A stretch of 64,000 bases of DNA from an uncultured Actinomycetota bacterium. Lineage in GTDB: Bacteria; Actinomycetota; Actinomycetes; S36-B12; UBA10799. Position 1 is the stretch's first letter. Each line of letters opens with the position of its first letter. The stretch lies in the NCBI GenBank assembly GCA_963732355.1, contig CAVSZD010000003.1, positions 76,370 to 140,369 on the forward strand, written 5' to 3'. Shown in pieces: positions 31,270 to 41,811 of this stretch. The notes beneath the pieces were generated by a model. That model ran no database searches and was not told the DNA's origin. It saw only the letters and a program-made list of their open reading frames with translations. The translations under genes were made by a program, and so were the position numbers.

Positions 31270-31764
31270 ATGCGCGTGTTGGCAGTGGACCCGGGGCTCA
31301 CCCGGTGCGGGGTCGCCGTGGTTGAGGCCGGATTCGACGGCAAGGCTCGGGCGGTACTCATCGACGTCATCCGCACCGATCCGGGCGCGGAACATGCAGC
31401 CAGGTTGCAGGAAGTGTTCGACGGGGTGCGGGACCGGCTGATGAGTACCCAGGCCGAGGTGATGGCCGTGGAACGGGTATTCAGCCAGAACAATGTGCGA
31501 ACGGCCATGGGCACAGCCCAGGCGGCGGCCGTGTGCATGCTGGCCGCCAACCAACTCGGCCTGCCGGTCCACCAGCACACCCCCACCGAGGTGAAGGCCG
31601 CAGTGACCGGTTCGGGGCGCGCAGACAAGGGTCAGGTCGCCTTCATGGTGTCGCGGATCCTGGGCCTGCGCGAGGTGCCCAAGCCAGCCGATGCCACCGA
31701 TGCTTTGGCGCTGGGGATTTGTCATGTGTGGCGCTCAAGGGCCAGGACGGGAGCAGCGAGATGA
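31270..31764 (+). CDS. ruvC: crossover junction endodeoxyribonuclease RuvC
   Basis: ATG at 31270 preceded by GGAGG. MRVLAVDPGLTRCG catalytic Asp motif. Confidence 0.9.
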   Translation: MRVLAVDPGLTRCGVAVVEAGFDGKARAVLIDVIRTDPGAEHAARLQEVFDGVRDRLMSTQAEVMAVERVFSQNNVRTAMGTAQAAAVCMLAANQLGLPVHQHTPTEVKAAVTGSGRADKGQVAFMVSRILGLREVPKPADATDALALGICHVWRSRARTGAAR

Positions 31765-32366
31765 TCGCGCAGATTCGAGGGTGTGTGGTCGTGCGCAAAG
31801 CTGACGAAGTGGTCGTGGAGGTCGGTGGGATCGGGATCAATGTGATCGTGACGCCGCGGACCAGTGCTGGCCTGCAACTCGGCGGTGAATGTGTGCTGAC
31901 AACAGATCTCGTGGTCAGAGAGGACAGCCTCACGCTTTACGGATTCGCCGACTCGGCTGAGCGCGAGGTCTTCCGCACAGTGCAGACAGTCACCGGAATC
32001 GGTCCTCGGCTCGCGCTCACCATGCTGGCCACGTTGTCCTCCGACCAGATCCGTCAGGCCATTGCGACCGAGGACCTGACGATGTTGTGCACAGTGCCCG
32101 GTGTGGGGCGCAAGAGTGCGCAGCGGCTCGTGGTCGATCTGAAGGACCGTCTCGCGCCGACGGTGGATGTGACGGCCGTGCAGGCGGGGGCTGGCTGGCG
32201 TGCCCAGGTACTGGCGGCTCTGACCGGCCTGGGCTGGCCGTCGGCACAGGCGCAGGAGGCGGTGTCCAGCGTCGCCTCGGGCCCGGAAGCTGCGAACCTG
32301 AGCGTGCCTGAGGCACTCAGACTCAGCCTGCAGGTCATGGACCACACGCCGGCGGTGACCCCGTGA
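31761..32366 (+). CDS. ruvA: Holliday junction branch migration complex subunit RuvA
   Basis: ATGA overlap with ruvC. MIAQIRG N-terminus and GIGPRLA...[11 protein letters not shown] helix-hairpin-helix motifs. Confidence 0.9.
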   Translation: MIAQIRGCVVVRKADEVVVEVGGIGINVIVTPRTSAGLQLGGECVLTTDLVVREDSLTLYGFADSAEREVFRTVQTVTGIGPRLALTMLATLSSDQIRQAIATEDLTMLCTVPGVGRKSAQRLVVDLKDRLAPTVDVTAVQAGAGWRAQVLAALTGLGWPSAQAQEAVSSVASGPEAANLSVPEALRLSLQVMDHTPAVTP

Positions 32367-33409
32367 ACGATGCTTTGGTGTCCTCCGGTGCCGACGACTC
32401 CGAGCGGGTGGTCGAGGGTGCCCTACGGCCCACCAGCCTGGACGACTTCATCGGTCAGGGCCGGGTCAAGGACCAATTGCGCCTGGTCCTGTCGGCAGCC
32501 AAGCAGCGAGACCACGTTGCGGACCACGTCCTGCTCAGCGGACCGCCCGGGTTGGGTAAGACCACCCTGGCCATGATCATCGCAGCGGAGTTGGGTACCG
32601 CGCTGCGTTTGACGAGTGGACCTGCCATCACCCACGCCGGGGACCTCGCATCGATCCTGACTGCTTTGCAGCCCAACGACGTGTTGTTCATTGACGAGAT
32701 CCATCGGTTGGCGCGCCCGGCCGAGGAGATGCTCTACATGGCCATGGAGGACTTCCGCGTCGACGTGGTCGTCGGCAAAGGCCCGGGTGCCACTTCGATC
32801 CCGTTGGACCTCGCACCCTTCACGCTCGTCGGCGCGACGACCCGCTCGGGATTGTTGCCCGGACCTTTGCGGGACAGGTTCGGATTCACCGCGCACATGG
32901 ACTTCTACGAACCGCAGGAGTTGCAGAAGATCGTGACCCGCTCGGCCGGGTTGATGGACATCCCTGCTCAGCAGGACGCCCTGGCGGTGATCGCCTCGCG
33001 TTCCAGGGGGACCCCGCGCATCGCGAACCGACTGTTGCGCAGAGTGCGCGACTACGCCCAGATCCACGGTGACTCCCGAGTGGACGTGCCCGCGACATCC
33101 GCGGCGCTGGCGCTCTTCGAGGTGGATGAGAGCGGCCTGGACCGGCTCGACCGGGCGGTCCTGACGGCGCTGGTCACCAACTTCTCGGGCGGCCCCGTTG
33201 GCCTTTCGACCCTGGCGGTGGCCGTGGGGGAGGAGGCCGAGACCGTGGAGACCGTGTGCGAGCCCTTCCTGTTGAGGTCGGGTTTCCTGGCCAGAACACC
33301 ACGCGGAAGGATCGCCACAGCCCGGGCCTACGCCCACCTGGGGTTGTCCCTGCCATCGGCTCCTGACCAGTTGACGCTGACCGATCCGCAGGACGCCGTC
33401 CAGGGCTAG
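32363..33409 (+). CDS. ruvB: Holliday junction DNA helicase RuvB
   Basis: [23 protein letters not shown] Walker [10 protein letters not shown] Walker B. Confidence 0.95.
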   Translation: MNDALVSSGADDSERVVEGALRPTSLDDFIGQGRVKDQLRLVLSAAKQRDHVADHVLLSGPPGLGKTTLAMIIAAELGTALRLTSGPAITHAGDLASILTALQPNDVLFIDEIHRLARPAEEMLYMAMEDFRVDVVVGKGPGATSIPLDLAPFTLVGATTRSGLLPGPLRDRFGFTAHMDFYEPQELQKIVTRSAGLMDIPAQQDALAVIASRSRGTPRIANRLLRRVRDYAQIHGDSRVDVPATSAALALFEVDESGLDRLDRAVLTALVTNFSGGPVGLSTLAVAVGEEAETVETVCEPFLLRSGFLARTPRGRIATARAYAHLGLSLPSAPDQLTLTDPQDAVQG

Positions 33410-33422
33410 ATAGGATCGGGCA

Positions 33423-33686
33423 GTGGAATTCCTGATGCTGGCCATTCCGCTGATCCTGTTGGGTGGACTCTGGTTGGTGATGATCCGGCCCTTGCGTCAG
33501 CGGCAGAGGGAGGCGCAGTCCGCCCAATTGGCAGTGCACGAAGGGTCCCGCATCATGACAACGGCCGGCATCTTCGGCACAGTCAGGTGGGTGGAGGAAG
33601 AGACCATCGGTCTGGAGATCAGCGATGGTGTGGTCGTGAAGTACGCGCGAGCGGCAGTAGCCGACGTGCTGGATGACGAGGGGTAG
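33423..33686 (+). CDS. yajC: preprotein translocase subunit YajC
   Basis: 87 aa, single TM then IRPLRQRQRE...G.RIMTTAGIFGTV. Upstream of secDF. Confidence 0.8.
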   Translation: MEFLMLAIPLILLGGLWLVMIRPLRQRQREAQSAQLAVHEGSRIMTTAGIFGTVRWVEEETIGLEISDGVVVKYARAAVADVLDDEG

Positions 33687-33689
33687 CCT

Positions 33690-35417
33690 GTGGCACCGAA
33701 TGCACGACCGAAGCCGTGGCGGCCATTGCTGGCACTGCTGGTCATAATTGTCGGGCTGGGGGTGTGGGCCCTGTGGCCGGGCACCTCCCATGTTCCGCGT
33801 CTGGGACTGGACCTGCAGGGTGGAACCCAGGTGATTCTGGTGCCCACACAGGCCGAGGGCACCGCGGACATCACAGACGAACAGTTGCAGCAGACCGTCG
33901 AGATCATCAGGCAACGGGTCAACGGGTTCGGTGTGGCCGAGGCGGATGTGGCCATCCAGGGTTCTGGTAACGATGCGGCCATCGTGGTGTCGGTGCCGGG
34001 GGTCAACCAGCGTGAGATCGCCCAGCAACTGAGTCAGACGGCCCTGTTGGACTTCCGCCCCGTATCCACGATCGTGGATCCCGCGATCATCGACCCGTCG
34101 ACGCTGCAACCCGCCGACACCACGCCGAACAACAACAAGAAGAAGAACAACAACTCCAACAACAACTCCAACAACAACAACTCCAATAACGACGGAGCGT
34201 CGGGCGGGGCCAGCTTTGCCGAGACGTCCCCGAGCCCGACGGCCTCACCAAGCCCCAGTCCGAGCGCTACCCAGGCGACCGACAAGACCGAGGGCCTCGT
34301 GCCGCCGGTCGAGGGCGACAGTGCCAACGACCCTGCCCTCGAGGATGCGTTGCTGAACCTGGATTGCACCGATGTGGCCAGCAGGCAAGGTGGCGTCCCC
34401 GACAACCCCGAGAAGTGGATCGTCACCTGTGACCGCGAGGGGACCGGGAAGTACTTGTTGGAGCCGGCCTTCATCAAGGGCACCTCGATCACCAATGCGT
34501 CCGCCGAACTCGCCCAGGGGGGAGCCGGTTGGGTTGTCAACCTCGAGTTCGACGCCGAGGGCACCGACGCGCTGTCGGAGATCTCCAATCGGCTCGTGAG
34601 CCTTCCCTCCCCGCAGAACCAGTTCGGGATCGTGCTCGACGGCCTTGTGGTGTCGGCACCGTTCTTCCAGCAGCCCATCAACGACGGCCGGGCGCAGATC
34701 AGCGGCAACTTCTCTCCCGAGGAAGCCAAGAACCTGGCCCAAGTGCTGAAATTCGGCGCACTGCCGCTGACCCTGAACATCGCCTCGGTGGAGACGGTCA
34801 CACCCACGCTGGGTGCCGACTATCTCAAGGTCGGACTGTTCGCCGGTGCGGTCGGTCTGTTCCTGGTGATCCTGTACCTGTTGTTCTACTACCGGGCCCT
34901 GGGAATGGTCGCTGTCGTCTCCCTGGTCATCGCGGCGATCATCACGTACTTCGTGTTCGTGATCCTTGGCCGCACGGTCGGGCTGGCCCTGACGTTGGCC
35001 GGCGTTGCGGGTGCCATCGTGGCAATCGGGATCACGGCCGACTCCTTCGTCGTGTACTTCGAACGCATCCGGGACGAGGTCCGTGAGGGCCGAAGTCTGC
35101 GTGCGGCATGTGACGCCGGCTGGGCTCGCGCCCGGAACACGATCCTGGCCGCCGACTTCGTGTCGCTGCTGGCCGCGGCCATCCTGTACTTCCTGTCGGT
35201 GGGGGCTGTGCGAGGATTCGCGTTCGTGCTCGGTCTGACCACGCTTATCGACGTCATGGTGGCCTTCATGTTCACCCGGCCCACGGTGACCCTGCTTGCA
35301 CGCAACAGGTGGTTCACCAGCGGACATCCGCTGACAGGCCTTGATCCGAAACGGCTCGGGGTCAAGGTCGATCCCGGGAAGCCGGATTCCCGCACCGGCG
35401 ACAAGGTGGAGGTCTGA
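33690..35417 (+). CDS. secD: protein translocase subunit SecD (with Asn/Lys/Ser-rich insert)
   Basis: 575 aa. LGLDLQGG motif, periplasmic domain, six C-terminal TMs. Confidence 0.9.
   Translation: MAPNARPKPWRPLLALLVIIVGLGVWALWPGTSHVPRLGLDLQGGTQVILVPTQAEGTADITDEQLQQTVEIIRQRVNGFGVAEADVAIQGSGNDAAIVVSVPGVNQREIAQQLSQTALLDFRPVSTIVDPAIIDPSTLQPADTTPNNNKKKNNNSNNNSNNNNSNNDGASGGASFAETSPSPTASPSPSPSATQATDKTEGLVPPVEGDSANDPALEDALLNLDCTDVASRQGGVPDNPEKWIVTCDREGTGKYLLEPAFIKGTSITNASAELAQGGAGWVVNLEFDAEGTDALSEISNRLVSLPSPQNQFGIVLDGLVVSAPFFQQPINDGRAQISGNFSPEEAKNLAQVLKFGALPLTLNIASVETVTPTLGADYLKVGLFAGAVGLFLVILYLLFYYRALGMVAVVSLVIAAIITYFVFVILGRTVGLALTLAGVAGAIVAIGITADSFVVYFERIRDEVREGRSLRAACDAGWARARNTILAADFVSLLAAAILYFLSVGAVRGFAFVLGLTTLIDVMVAFMFTRPTVTLLARNRWFTSGHPLTGLDPKRLGVKVDPGKPDSRTGDKVEV
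34128..34190 (+). repeat. in-frame AAC/AAG/TCC codon microsatellite (NNNKKKNNNSNNNSNNNNSNN) inside secD
   Basis: Directly visible run aacaacaacaagaagaagaacaacaactccaacaacaactccaacaacaacaactccaataac. Confidence 0.85.
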
Positions 35418-36553
35418 TGTCCAAGTTCGGTGATCTTGGCGGGAAGTTGTACCGCGGTGAGGTGTCCTACAACATCGTCGGTCGTCGCAAGACCTGGTAC
35501 ATCGTCTCGGCGCTGATTCTGCTGCTCGCACTCGGCGGTATCTTCTTTCGCGGCCTGAACCTCGGTATCGAGTTCAAGGGCGGTGCGGAGTTCTACGTCC
35601 CCAGCACCTCCTGCACGATCCAGGACACTCGTAATGCCGTGACCAGCGCCGGGGTCGAGGTGGCAGCGGTCACTGAGATCGGTTCGGACAACATCCGAGC
35701 CCAGACGCCGAATGTCACCCCGGAGGAAAGCACGGCAGTGGTTGACGCATTGTCGAGCGCCTGTGGGGTCACCGCTGACGAGATCTCCAGTCGGGACGTA
35801 GGCCCGACGTGGGGTGGTGAGATCACCCGGCAGGCCTTCATCGCACTAGGGGTCTTCCTGCTGGCCGTAGTCATCTTCTTGTCGGTGTACTTCCAGTGGC
35901 AGATGGCCGTGGCCGCGTTGGTGGCCCTGATTCACGACATCGTGATCACGACCGGAATCTACGCGCTGGTCGGGTTCGAGGTCACTCCGGCCACCGTGAT
36001 CGGTCTGCTCACAATCCTCGGCTACTCGCTCTACGACACTGTCGTGGTCTTCGACAAGGTCAAGGAGAACACCCGGGGCGTGACAGGCCAGAGTCGCTAC
36101 ACCTACAGCGAACTGGCCAACCTCGCGCTGAACCAGACGCTGATCCGGTCGATCAACACCAGCATCGTGGCGCTGCTGCCCGTGGCCTCGATCCTGTTCG
36201 TCGGCGCGGGTCTGCTGGGCGCGGGCACCTTGAAGGACCTGGCTCTGGTTCTGTTCATCGGAATGGCAGTGGGTACCTACTCGTCGATCTTCGTGGCGAC
36301 ACCGGTGCTGTGTCAGTTGATGGAACGTCAGCCAGCGATCAAGGCACTGGACGCCAGAGTGAATAAGCGACGGGCCTCCCGCGGGGAGTCCGGGCCGTCG
36401 ATGGCACAGGTGAGTTCCGGCTCCGGTGGTGACTCCGCGCCCGCTGCCAGCGGTGGTATCGCAGCCCCGGTCGATCGCCAGCACCGGCAGAGTCGCGAGG
36501 CGTCGGGCCGTTCCCAGCCCAAACGGTCCACAAGGTCCAAGCGGCGCCACTGA
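35417..36553 (+). CDS. secF: protein translocase subunit SecF
   Basis: 378 aa. Start overlaps the secD stop. GIEFKGG motif, six TMs, disordered C-terminal tail. Confidence 0.9.
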   Translation: MSKFGDLGGKLYRGEVSYNIVGRRKTWYIVSALILLLALGGIFFRGLNLGIEFKGGAEFYVPSTSCTIQDTRNAVTSAGVEVAAVTEIGSDNIRAQTPNVTPEESTAVVDALSSACGVTADEISSRDVGPTWGGEITRQAFIALGVFLLAVVIFLSVYFQWQMAVAALVALIHDIVITTGIYALVGFEVTPATVIGLLTILGYSLYDTVVVFDKVKENTRGVTGQSRYTYSELANLALNQTLIRSINTSIVALLPVASILFVGAGLLGAGTLKDLALVLFIGMAVGTYSSIFVATPVLCQLMERQPAIKALDARVNKRRASRGESGPSMAQVSSGSGGDSAPAASGGIAAPVDRQHRQSREASGRSQPKRSTRSKRRH

Positions 36554-36606
36554 GCAGATCGTCGCCCACCCCGTAGACTGACGTACCTAGGCGAGGCGGT
36601 GAGCAC

Positions 36607-38880
36607 GTGGCCAGGGAGACGCAGGCTCCGGACACCGAGGAATCGGTGCCCACTCCAGCCAGCCTTGTCCAGGACCTGCCCCGCCGCCGGCAATTGCTTT
36701 CGCGGCTGACTGGAAACACTCGCAGTTCGGTCCCGGAGCTCGAACCACTCCTGCGCACACTGCGGCAGTTCCATCCGAAGGCGAACCGGCAGGTCGTGGA
36801 GCGCGCCTACGTCATGGCTGCGTACTGGCATGCCGATCAGGTCCGGCGTAGCGGCGAGCCCTACATCACCCACCCGCTGGCCGTGGCCACGATCCTGGCC
36901 GAACTGGGTATGACGCCGACCACGCTGGCCGCGGCCCTGCTGCACGACACGGTGGAGGACACAGGCTACGAACTCGACAAGCTGCGCGAGGACTTCGGCG
37001 ACGAGGTGGCACGCCTGGTCGACGGAGTGACGAAACTGGACAAGGTCCAGTACGGGGAAGCCTCCGCGGCCGAGACGGTCCGCAAGATGGTCGTGGCCAT
37101 GGCCCGGGACATCCGGGTGCTAGTGATCAAGCTCGCCGACCGTCTGCACAACATGCGCACGATCGCCTGGCTGCCGGAGAAGAAGCAGCAGAAGAAGGCC
37201 CGGGAGACCCTCGAGATCTACGCCCCGCTCGCGCATCGCCTCGGCATGAACACCATCAAGTGGGAACTTGAGGATCTCGCCTTCGCAACGCTATACCCCA
37301 AGATGTACGACGAGATCGTCCGACTTGTGGGCCAGCGTGCGCCTTCGCGTGACGAGTACCTCGGGCAGGTGCTCAACCTGATCGACGAGGAACTGAAGAC
37401 CAACCGGATCCGCGCCAAGGTCAACGGGCGACCGAAGCACTATTACAGCGTGTACCAGAAGATGATCGTGCGCGGCCGCGACTTCGCAGACATCTACGAC
37501 CTCGTGGGCGTGCGGATCCTCGTGGACTCGATCCAGGACTGCTACGGGGTGCTTGGACTTCTGCATGCCAAATGGAACCCGGTGCCGGGGCGGTTCAAGG
37601 ACTACATCGCCAGCCCACGTTACGGCGTGTACCGGTCGCTTCATACGACCGTCATCGGCCCCGAGGGTAAGCCGGTGGAGGTGCAGATCCGCACCCAGGA
37701 GATGCATCAGCAGGCTGAGTACGGGGTGGCTGCCCACTGGCGGTACAAGCAGGGCCGAAGTGCGACAGAGGGCCCTGATGAGTTCGCCTGGCTGCGCCAG
37801 TTGCTCGAATGGCAGCGCGAGACCGAGGACCCCGACGAGTTCCTGGACAGCCTGCGCTACGAACTGGGAACCGGCGAATTGTTCGTGTTCACCCCCAAGG
37901 GCGACGTGATTTCGCTACCGGCTGGCTCGACGCCAGTGGACTTCGCGTACTCGGTGCACACCGAAGTCGGCCACCGCACCATCGGGGCCAGGGTGAACGG
38001 CAAACTCGTCCCCTTGGAGTCCCAACTGGACAACGGCGACACCGTGGAGATCTTCACGTCGAAGACCCAGGGGCAGGGACCTTCGCGGGACTGGCTGAAC
38101 TTCGTCGCGTCGCCGCGGGCCCGCAGCAAGATTCGCGCATGGTTCTCCAGGGAGCGCCGTGAGGAGGCCGTCGAGCACGGCAAGGACGCGCTATTGCGCG
38201 AGTTGCGACGGCGATCCCTTCCGATGCAGCGACTGTTGAACACCCCCGACCTGCTGAGCATCGCCGCCTATTACCGCATGTCGGACGTGAGTGCCCTCTA
38301 CGCCGCTATCGGGGAGAGCCGACTGGACGCGGCCGTCGTTGTGGATCGGCTCATCGCCGGTCGTGGGGGCGCCGAAGCGGCCACCGATGACACTGAGGAA
38401 GAGACGCCACCTCCGTCCATCCGCTCGGGGCCGAGCGGCGATCCGGGTGTGGTCGTTGCCGGGGCCGACGACGTGTGGGTACGGCTGTCCAAGTGCTGTA
38501 CGCCTGTGCCCGGCGACGAGATCATGGGTTTCGTCACCCGCGGTAACGGCGTCTCTGTTCACCGGCGCGACTGCGTCAACTTCCCCGAGCTAGCTGCGCA
38601 CAAGGACCGCCTGGTGGAGGTGGAGTGGCGGCCCAGCGCCCAGTCGGTATTCCTGGTCAACATCCAGGTCGAGGCCCTTGACCGGGCCAGGCTGCTCTCG
38701 GATGTCACCAGGGTGTTGTCCGATCACCACGTGAACATCCTGTCGGCCAGTTCCACGACCAATCGGGACCGTATCGCCATCTCGCGGTTCACGTTCGAGA
38801 TGGCCGACCCCAAACACCTGGGTGCGGTGCTCAAAGGGGTACGCGGAGTCGAAGGGGTCTTCGACGCCCAAAGGGTCTGA
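36607..38880 (+). CDS. relA: bifunctional (p)ppGpp synthetase/hydrolase RelA/SpoT homologue
   Basis: 757 aa. HD domain (HPLAVA...LHDTVEDT), synthetase domain (YRSLHTTV...VEVQIRT), TGS and ACT-like C-terminus. Confidence 0.95.
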   Translation: MARETQAPDTEESVPTPASLVQDLPRRRQLLSRLTGNTRSSVPELEPLLRTLRQFHPKANRQVVERAYVMAAYWHADQVRRSGEPYITHPLAVATILAELGMTPTTLAAALLHDTVEDTGYELDKLREDFGDEVARLVDGVTKLDKVQYGEASAAETVRKMVVAMARDIRVLVIKLADRLHNMRTIAWLPEKKQQKKARETLEIYAPLAHRLGMNTIKWELEDLAFATLYPKMYDEIVRLVGQRAPSRDEYLGQVLNLIDEELKTNRIRAKVNGRPKHYYSVYQKMIVRGRDFADIYDLVGVRILVDSIQDCYGVLGLLHAKWNPVPGRFKDYIASPRYGVYRSLHTTVIGPEGKPVEVQIRTQEMHQQAEYGVAAHWRYKQGRSATEGPDEFAWLRQLLEWQRETEDPDEFLDSLRYELGTGELFVFTPKGDVISLPAGSTPVDFAYSVHTEVGHRTIGARVNGKLVPLESQLDNGDTVEIFTSKTQGQGPSRDWLNFVASPRARSKIRAWFSRERREEAVEHGKDALLRELRRRSLPMQRLLNTPDLLSIAAYYRMSDVSALYAAIGESRLDAAVVVDRLIAGRGGAEAATDDTEEETPPPSIRSGPSGDPGVVVAGADDVWVRLSKCCTPVPGDEIMGFVTRGNGVSVHRRDCVNFPELAAHKDRLVEVEWRPSAQSVFLVNIQVEALDRARLLSDVTRVLSDHHVNILSASSTTNRDRIAISRFTFEMADPKHLGAVLKGVRGVEGVFDAQRV

Positions 38881-38889
38881 ACCGCGGAC

Positions 38890-40155
38890 TTACAACGTCG
38901 AAAGGCTCTGCTCGGCGGACTCCAGCATCAGTTGCTGCTGGGCCAGGGTCTGCTGGGCCTTCTCGATGCGACCGGCGTCACCGGATTCCTGCGCGCTGGC
39001 CAGTTCCTTCTCCAGCTTGGTCACTGAAGCCCGGTAGGCGTCCACCAGACCTTGGGCGCGGTCCCGGATCTCGGGGTTGCTGCGCCGCCATGACGAGGTC
39101 TCCGCGCTACGGATGGCGTCGTCCACCGCTCGCAGCCGGGTGTCGATCTTGCGCATGTCGCCCCGGGGCACGTGACCGATTTCAGACCACTCGCCCTGGA
39201 TGTCCCGGTACGCCTTGCGCGCTGCTTTCGCGTCCTTGACGGGTAGCAGTGCCTCCGCCTTCGCGACCAGTGCCTTCTTGGCCGCCAGGTTCTGCTTCTG
39301 CTCCCCGTCGCGGGCGTTGAGGGCTGCCTTGCGGGCCGAGAAGAACTTCTCCTGCGCGCCACGGAACCGCTGCCACAGGGCCTCGTCGTCCTTCTTGCCC
39401 GCGAAGCCCGCCTTCTTCCACTGCTCCATGAGCTCGCGGAATGCGGTGGCGGTGGCCTGCCAGTCGGTGGAGTCGGCCAGCGCCTGTGCCTTGTCCGCAA
39501 GTTCGGTCTTGGCGGCGATCGCGGCACCACGTTTGCGGTCCTGCTCATCGCGGTGAATCTTGCGGGCCTTGTCGAAGGTTCTGCGTGCGGTCCGGAACCG
39601 CTCCCACAGCGCGTCAGTCTCCGAGCGCTGGTCGGAACCCGGCTTCGGGAGCACCTTCCACTGGTCGACCAGTTCGCGGAACTGGTCGCCGGTCTGCTTC
39701 CAGGAGGTGGATGTGGCAAGGGCCTCGGCTTGCTCGACGATCGCCTGCCGGGCCTGTTGGGCCTGTTCGCGGGCGGCCTTGCGCTCCTCGTCGAGGATCT
39801 GAGTGCGGATGTGCGCAAGGACCTCGAGCTGGCCGATCCGGGCCATGAGCAGGGAGATGTCGCCGACGAATCCGGGCTCTTCAAGCGCTTGTCGCGCCTT
39901 ACCGGCAACGGCCAGGGCCTCGCGGGGGGAGCACTTGTTGTCGGCCAGACGTGTGGCGGTCAGTTCCAGGGAGTGGCTCAGATCTGTGTACTTGAGCGCG
40001 TAGTAGTGCAGCGCCTCCTCCGGGGTCCCGGCGGCATACTGTCCGACCGGGCGTTCGGTGCCATCGGGAAGCCGCAGGAAGACGGTGCCGTCCTCGCCGA
40101 CGCGCCCGAACGACTCTGCCGGTGCAGGCCCAGGGGTGGGTGTCTGGTCGGTCAT
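38890..40155 (-). CDS. DUF349 repeat protein
   Basis: ATG at 40155 (MTDQTPTPG...). Several tandem helical repeats of the type W..T...F.EL...WK......D.ALW.RF. The upstream part of the ORF-track entry would overlap the PPIase gene. Confidence 0.75.
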   Translation of the reverse strand: MTDQTPTPGPAPAESFGRVGEDGTVFLRLPDGTERPVGQYAAGTPEEALHYYALKYTDLSHSLELTATRLADNKCSPREALAVAGKARQALEEPGFVGDISLLMARIGQLEVLAHIRTQILDEERKAAREQAQQARQAIVEQAEALATSTSWKQTGDQFRELVDQWKVLPKPGSDQRSETDALWERFRTARRTFDKARKIHRDEQDRKRGAAIAAKTELADKAQALADSTDWQATATAFRELMEQWKKAGFAGKKDDEALWQRFRGAQEKFFSARKAALNARDGEQKQNLAAKKALVAKAEALLPVKDAKAARKAYRDIQGEWSEIGHVPRGDMRKIDTRLRAVDDAIRSAETSSWRRSNPEIRDRAQGLVDAYRASVTKLEKELASAQESGDAGRIEKAQQTLAQQQLMLESAEQSLSTL

Positions 40156-40162
40156 GTCAGTC

Positions 40163-40996
40163 CTAGTTCTCGATCTCGGCGGTCTTGATGACGATGGGTT
40201 GGGCAGGAGGGCCGTCCGTCGCATCCGATGATCCGGGTTCCACCCCGCCTGCTGCAACGTACTTAACCACGGGAAGCCCCGAGGTCACCTTTCCGACGAT
40301 CGTGTAGCCGGCCGGCAGGGTCGTGTCCTTGTAGACCAGGAAGACCTGGCTGCTCGCGGTGTCGGGCCCACGGTTGGCCATGGCCACCGTTCCCGCTGGA
40401 TAGTTGTTCTCGCCCTCAGCGGGAAGGTTCTCGTCGGGTAACTCGAAGCCGACGTCGCCGGTCCCGTCGGCGCCGGGAGCACCGCATTGCAGCACGAAGA
40501 TGCCGGCCGTGGTCAGACGGTGGCAGAAGTTGCCGCTGTAGTAACCCTCATCGGTGAGGAAAGCGATGCCGTTGGCGTTCTTCGGCGCGGACTCGGTGTC
40601 GAGGGCGACCGTGATCCGCCCACAGTTGGTGTTGAGCACCCAGGTGGCATCCGGGCCCAGGTTCTGGTCGGCGGGTTTGGGCCACGTCCGGCCGTCGGTG
40701 CGCGGTGCGCCCGCATCCTGGCAACTGACGCCTGCGGGGGTGGCAACTGGGCCGGGTGTGCTCTCTTCAGTGGCAGAGGCAGTGGCAGAGGCCTCGGGTG
40801 AGGCTTCAGCGCTGACCTGTTCGGTGCCAGAGTCGGGCCAGACGGCCCAGGCCACGGCACCCGCGATGACGACCGCACCTGCAGTCAGTCCGATGATGCG
40901 GTTGCGCCGGGCGCGCTGCGCGGACTCGATGCGGCGCTGCTCCTGGCGTTCCGCCTTCGCGCGCGCGAGTTGTTTGCGCCGCTTCTCGCCTGACAT
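40163..40996 (-). CDS. ppiB: membrane-anchored cyclophilin-type peptidyl-prolyl isomerase
   Basis: N-terminal basic segment plus TM, then a cyclophilin core (FHRL...FVLQCGAPG..GTGD..., GTVAMANRGPDTASSQVFL). Confidence 0.85.
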   Translation of the reverse strand: MSGEKRRKQLARAKAERQEQRRIESAQRARRNRIIGLTAGAVVIAGAVAWAVWPDSGTEQVSAEASPEASATASATEESTPGPVATPAGVSCQDAGAPRTDGRTWPKPADQNLGPDATWVLNTNCGRITVALDTESAPKNANGIAFLTDEGYYSGNFCHRLTTAGIFVLQCGAPGADGTGDVGFELPDENLPAEGENNYPAGTVAMANRGPDTASSQVFLVYKDTTLPAGYTIVGKVTSGLPVVKYVAAGGVEPGSSDATDGPPAQPIVIKTAEIEN

Positions 40997-41046
40997 GCTT
41001 CCTCCTGACCCCGGACCCCCACACAGGCGGGCAGGAGTGAGTCTAC

Positions 41047-41811
41047 GTGGCCGCTCGATCCATAGCGCCGCGTGTCACGGATAGTCTTGTGTGTGTGTTG
41101 ATCGCAGGATTCCCCGCAGGCCCTTGGGGCACCAACTGCTTCGTGGTTGCCAGCGGGCCACGCAGCGAGTGCATCGTGATCGACCCGGGCAAGGACGCCA
41201 TGGACCCGGTTGAGGAGATCGTGCGCGAGCATGGCCTGCAACCGGTGGCGGTGCTTCTGACCCACGGTCACCTTGACCACATGTGGTCGGTGACGCCAGT
41301 GTGCGAAGCCCGGGACATCCCGGCGTTCATCCATCCCGCGGATCGCCACCTGCTGGCTGATCCCATGGCCGGAATTTCAGGAGACACCCGCTTGATGTTC
41401 GAGCAGATGACCGGTGGTCGCCTTCAGTTCGCCGAACCCGACGATGTGCGCACCCTCGAGGACGACAGTCCGATTGAGGTGGCGGGTTTGAAGATTGACG
41501 TTCGCCACGCCCCTGGGCACACGCCCGGCTCGACGGTCTTCCTCACCGCCGCTCAGGCAGACGTCCCGCCGATCATGTACTCGGGCGATTTGCTGTTCGC
41601 CGGATCAATCGGGCGCACGGATCTTCCCGGCGGGGACACCGCCCAGATGATGAAGTCGTTGGCGTCGGTGGTGCTCACCCAGCCCGAGGAGATGGTGGTG
41701 CTTCCCGGGCATGGGCCACAGACGACGATCGGCGAGGAGTTCGCGGGCAATCCGTTCCTGGCCCAGGCCCGCGAACACAACCTCCAGATGCCCCCTGGGC
41801 GGGGCCTGTGA
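41047..41811 (+). CDS. MBL-fold metallo-hydrolase (glyoxalase II-like)
   Basis: THGHLDHMW metal-binding motif, later HAPGHTPG and GD. Exact start uncertain (GTG 41047 or a downstream GTG). Confidence 0.8.
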   Translation: MAARSIAPRVTDSLVCVLIAGFPAGPWGTNCFVVASGPRSECIVIDPGKDAMDPVEEIVREHGLQPVAVLLTHGHLDHMWSVTPVCEARDIPAFIHPADRHLLADPMAGISGDTRLMFEQMTGGRLQFAEPDDVRTLEDDSPIEVAGLKIDVRHAPGHTPGSTVFLTAAQADVPPIMYSGDLLFAGSIGRTDLPGGDTAQMMKSLASVVLTQPEEMVVLPGHGPQTTIGEEFAGNPFLAQAREHNLQMPPGRGL

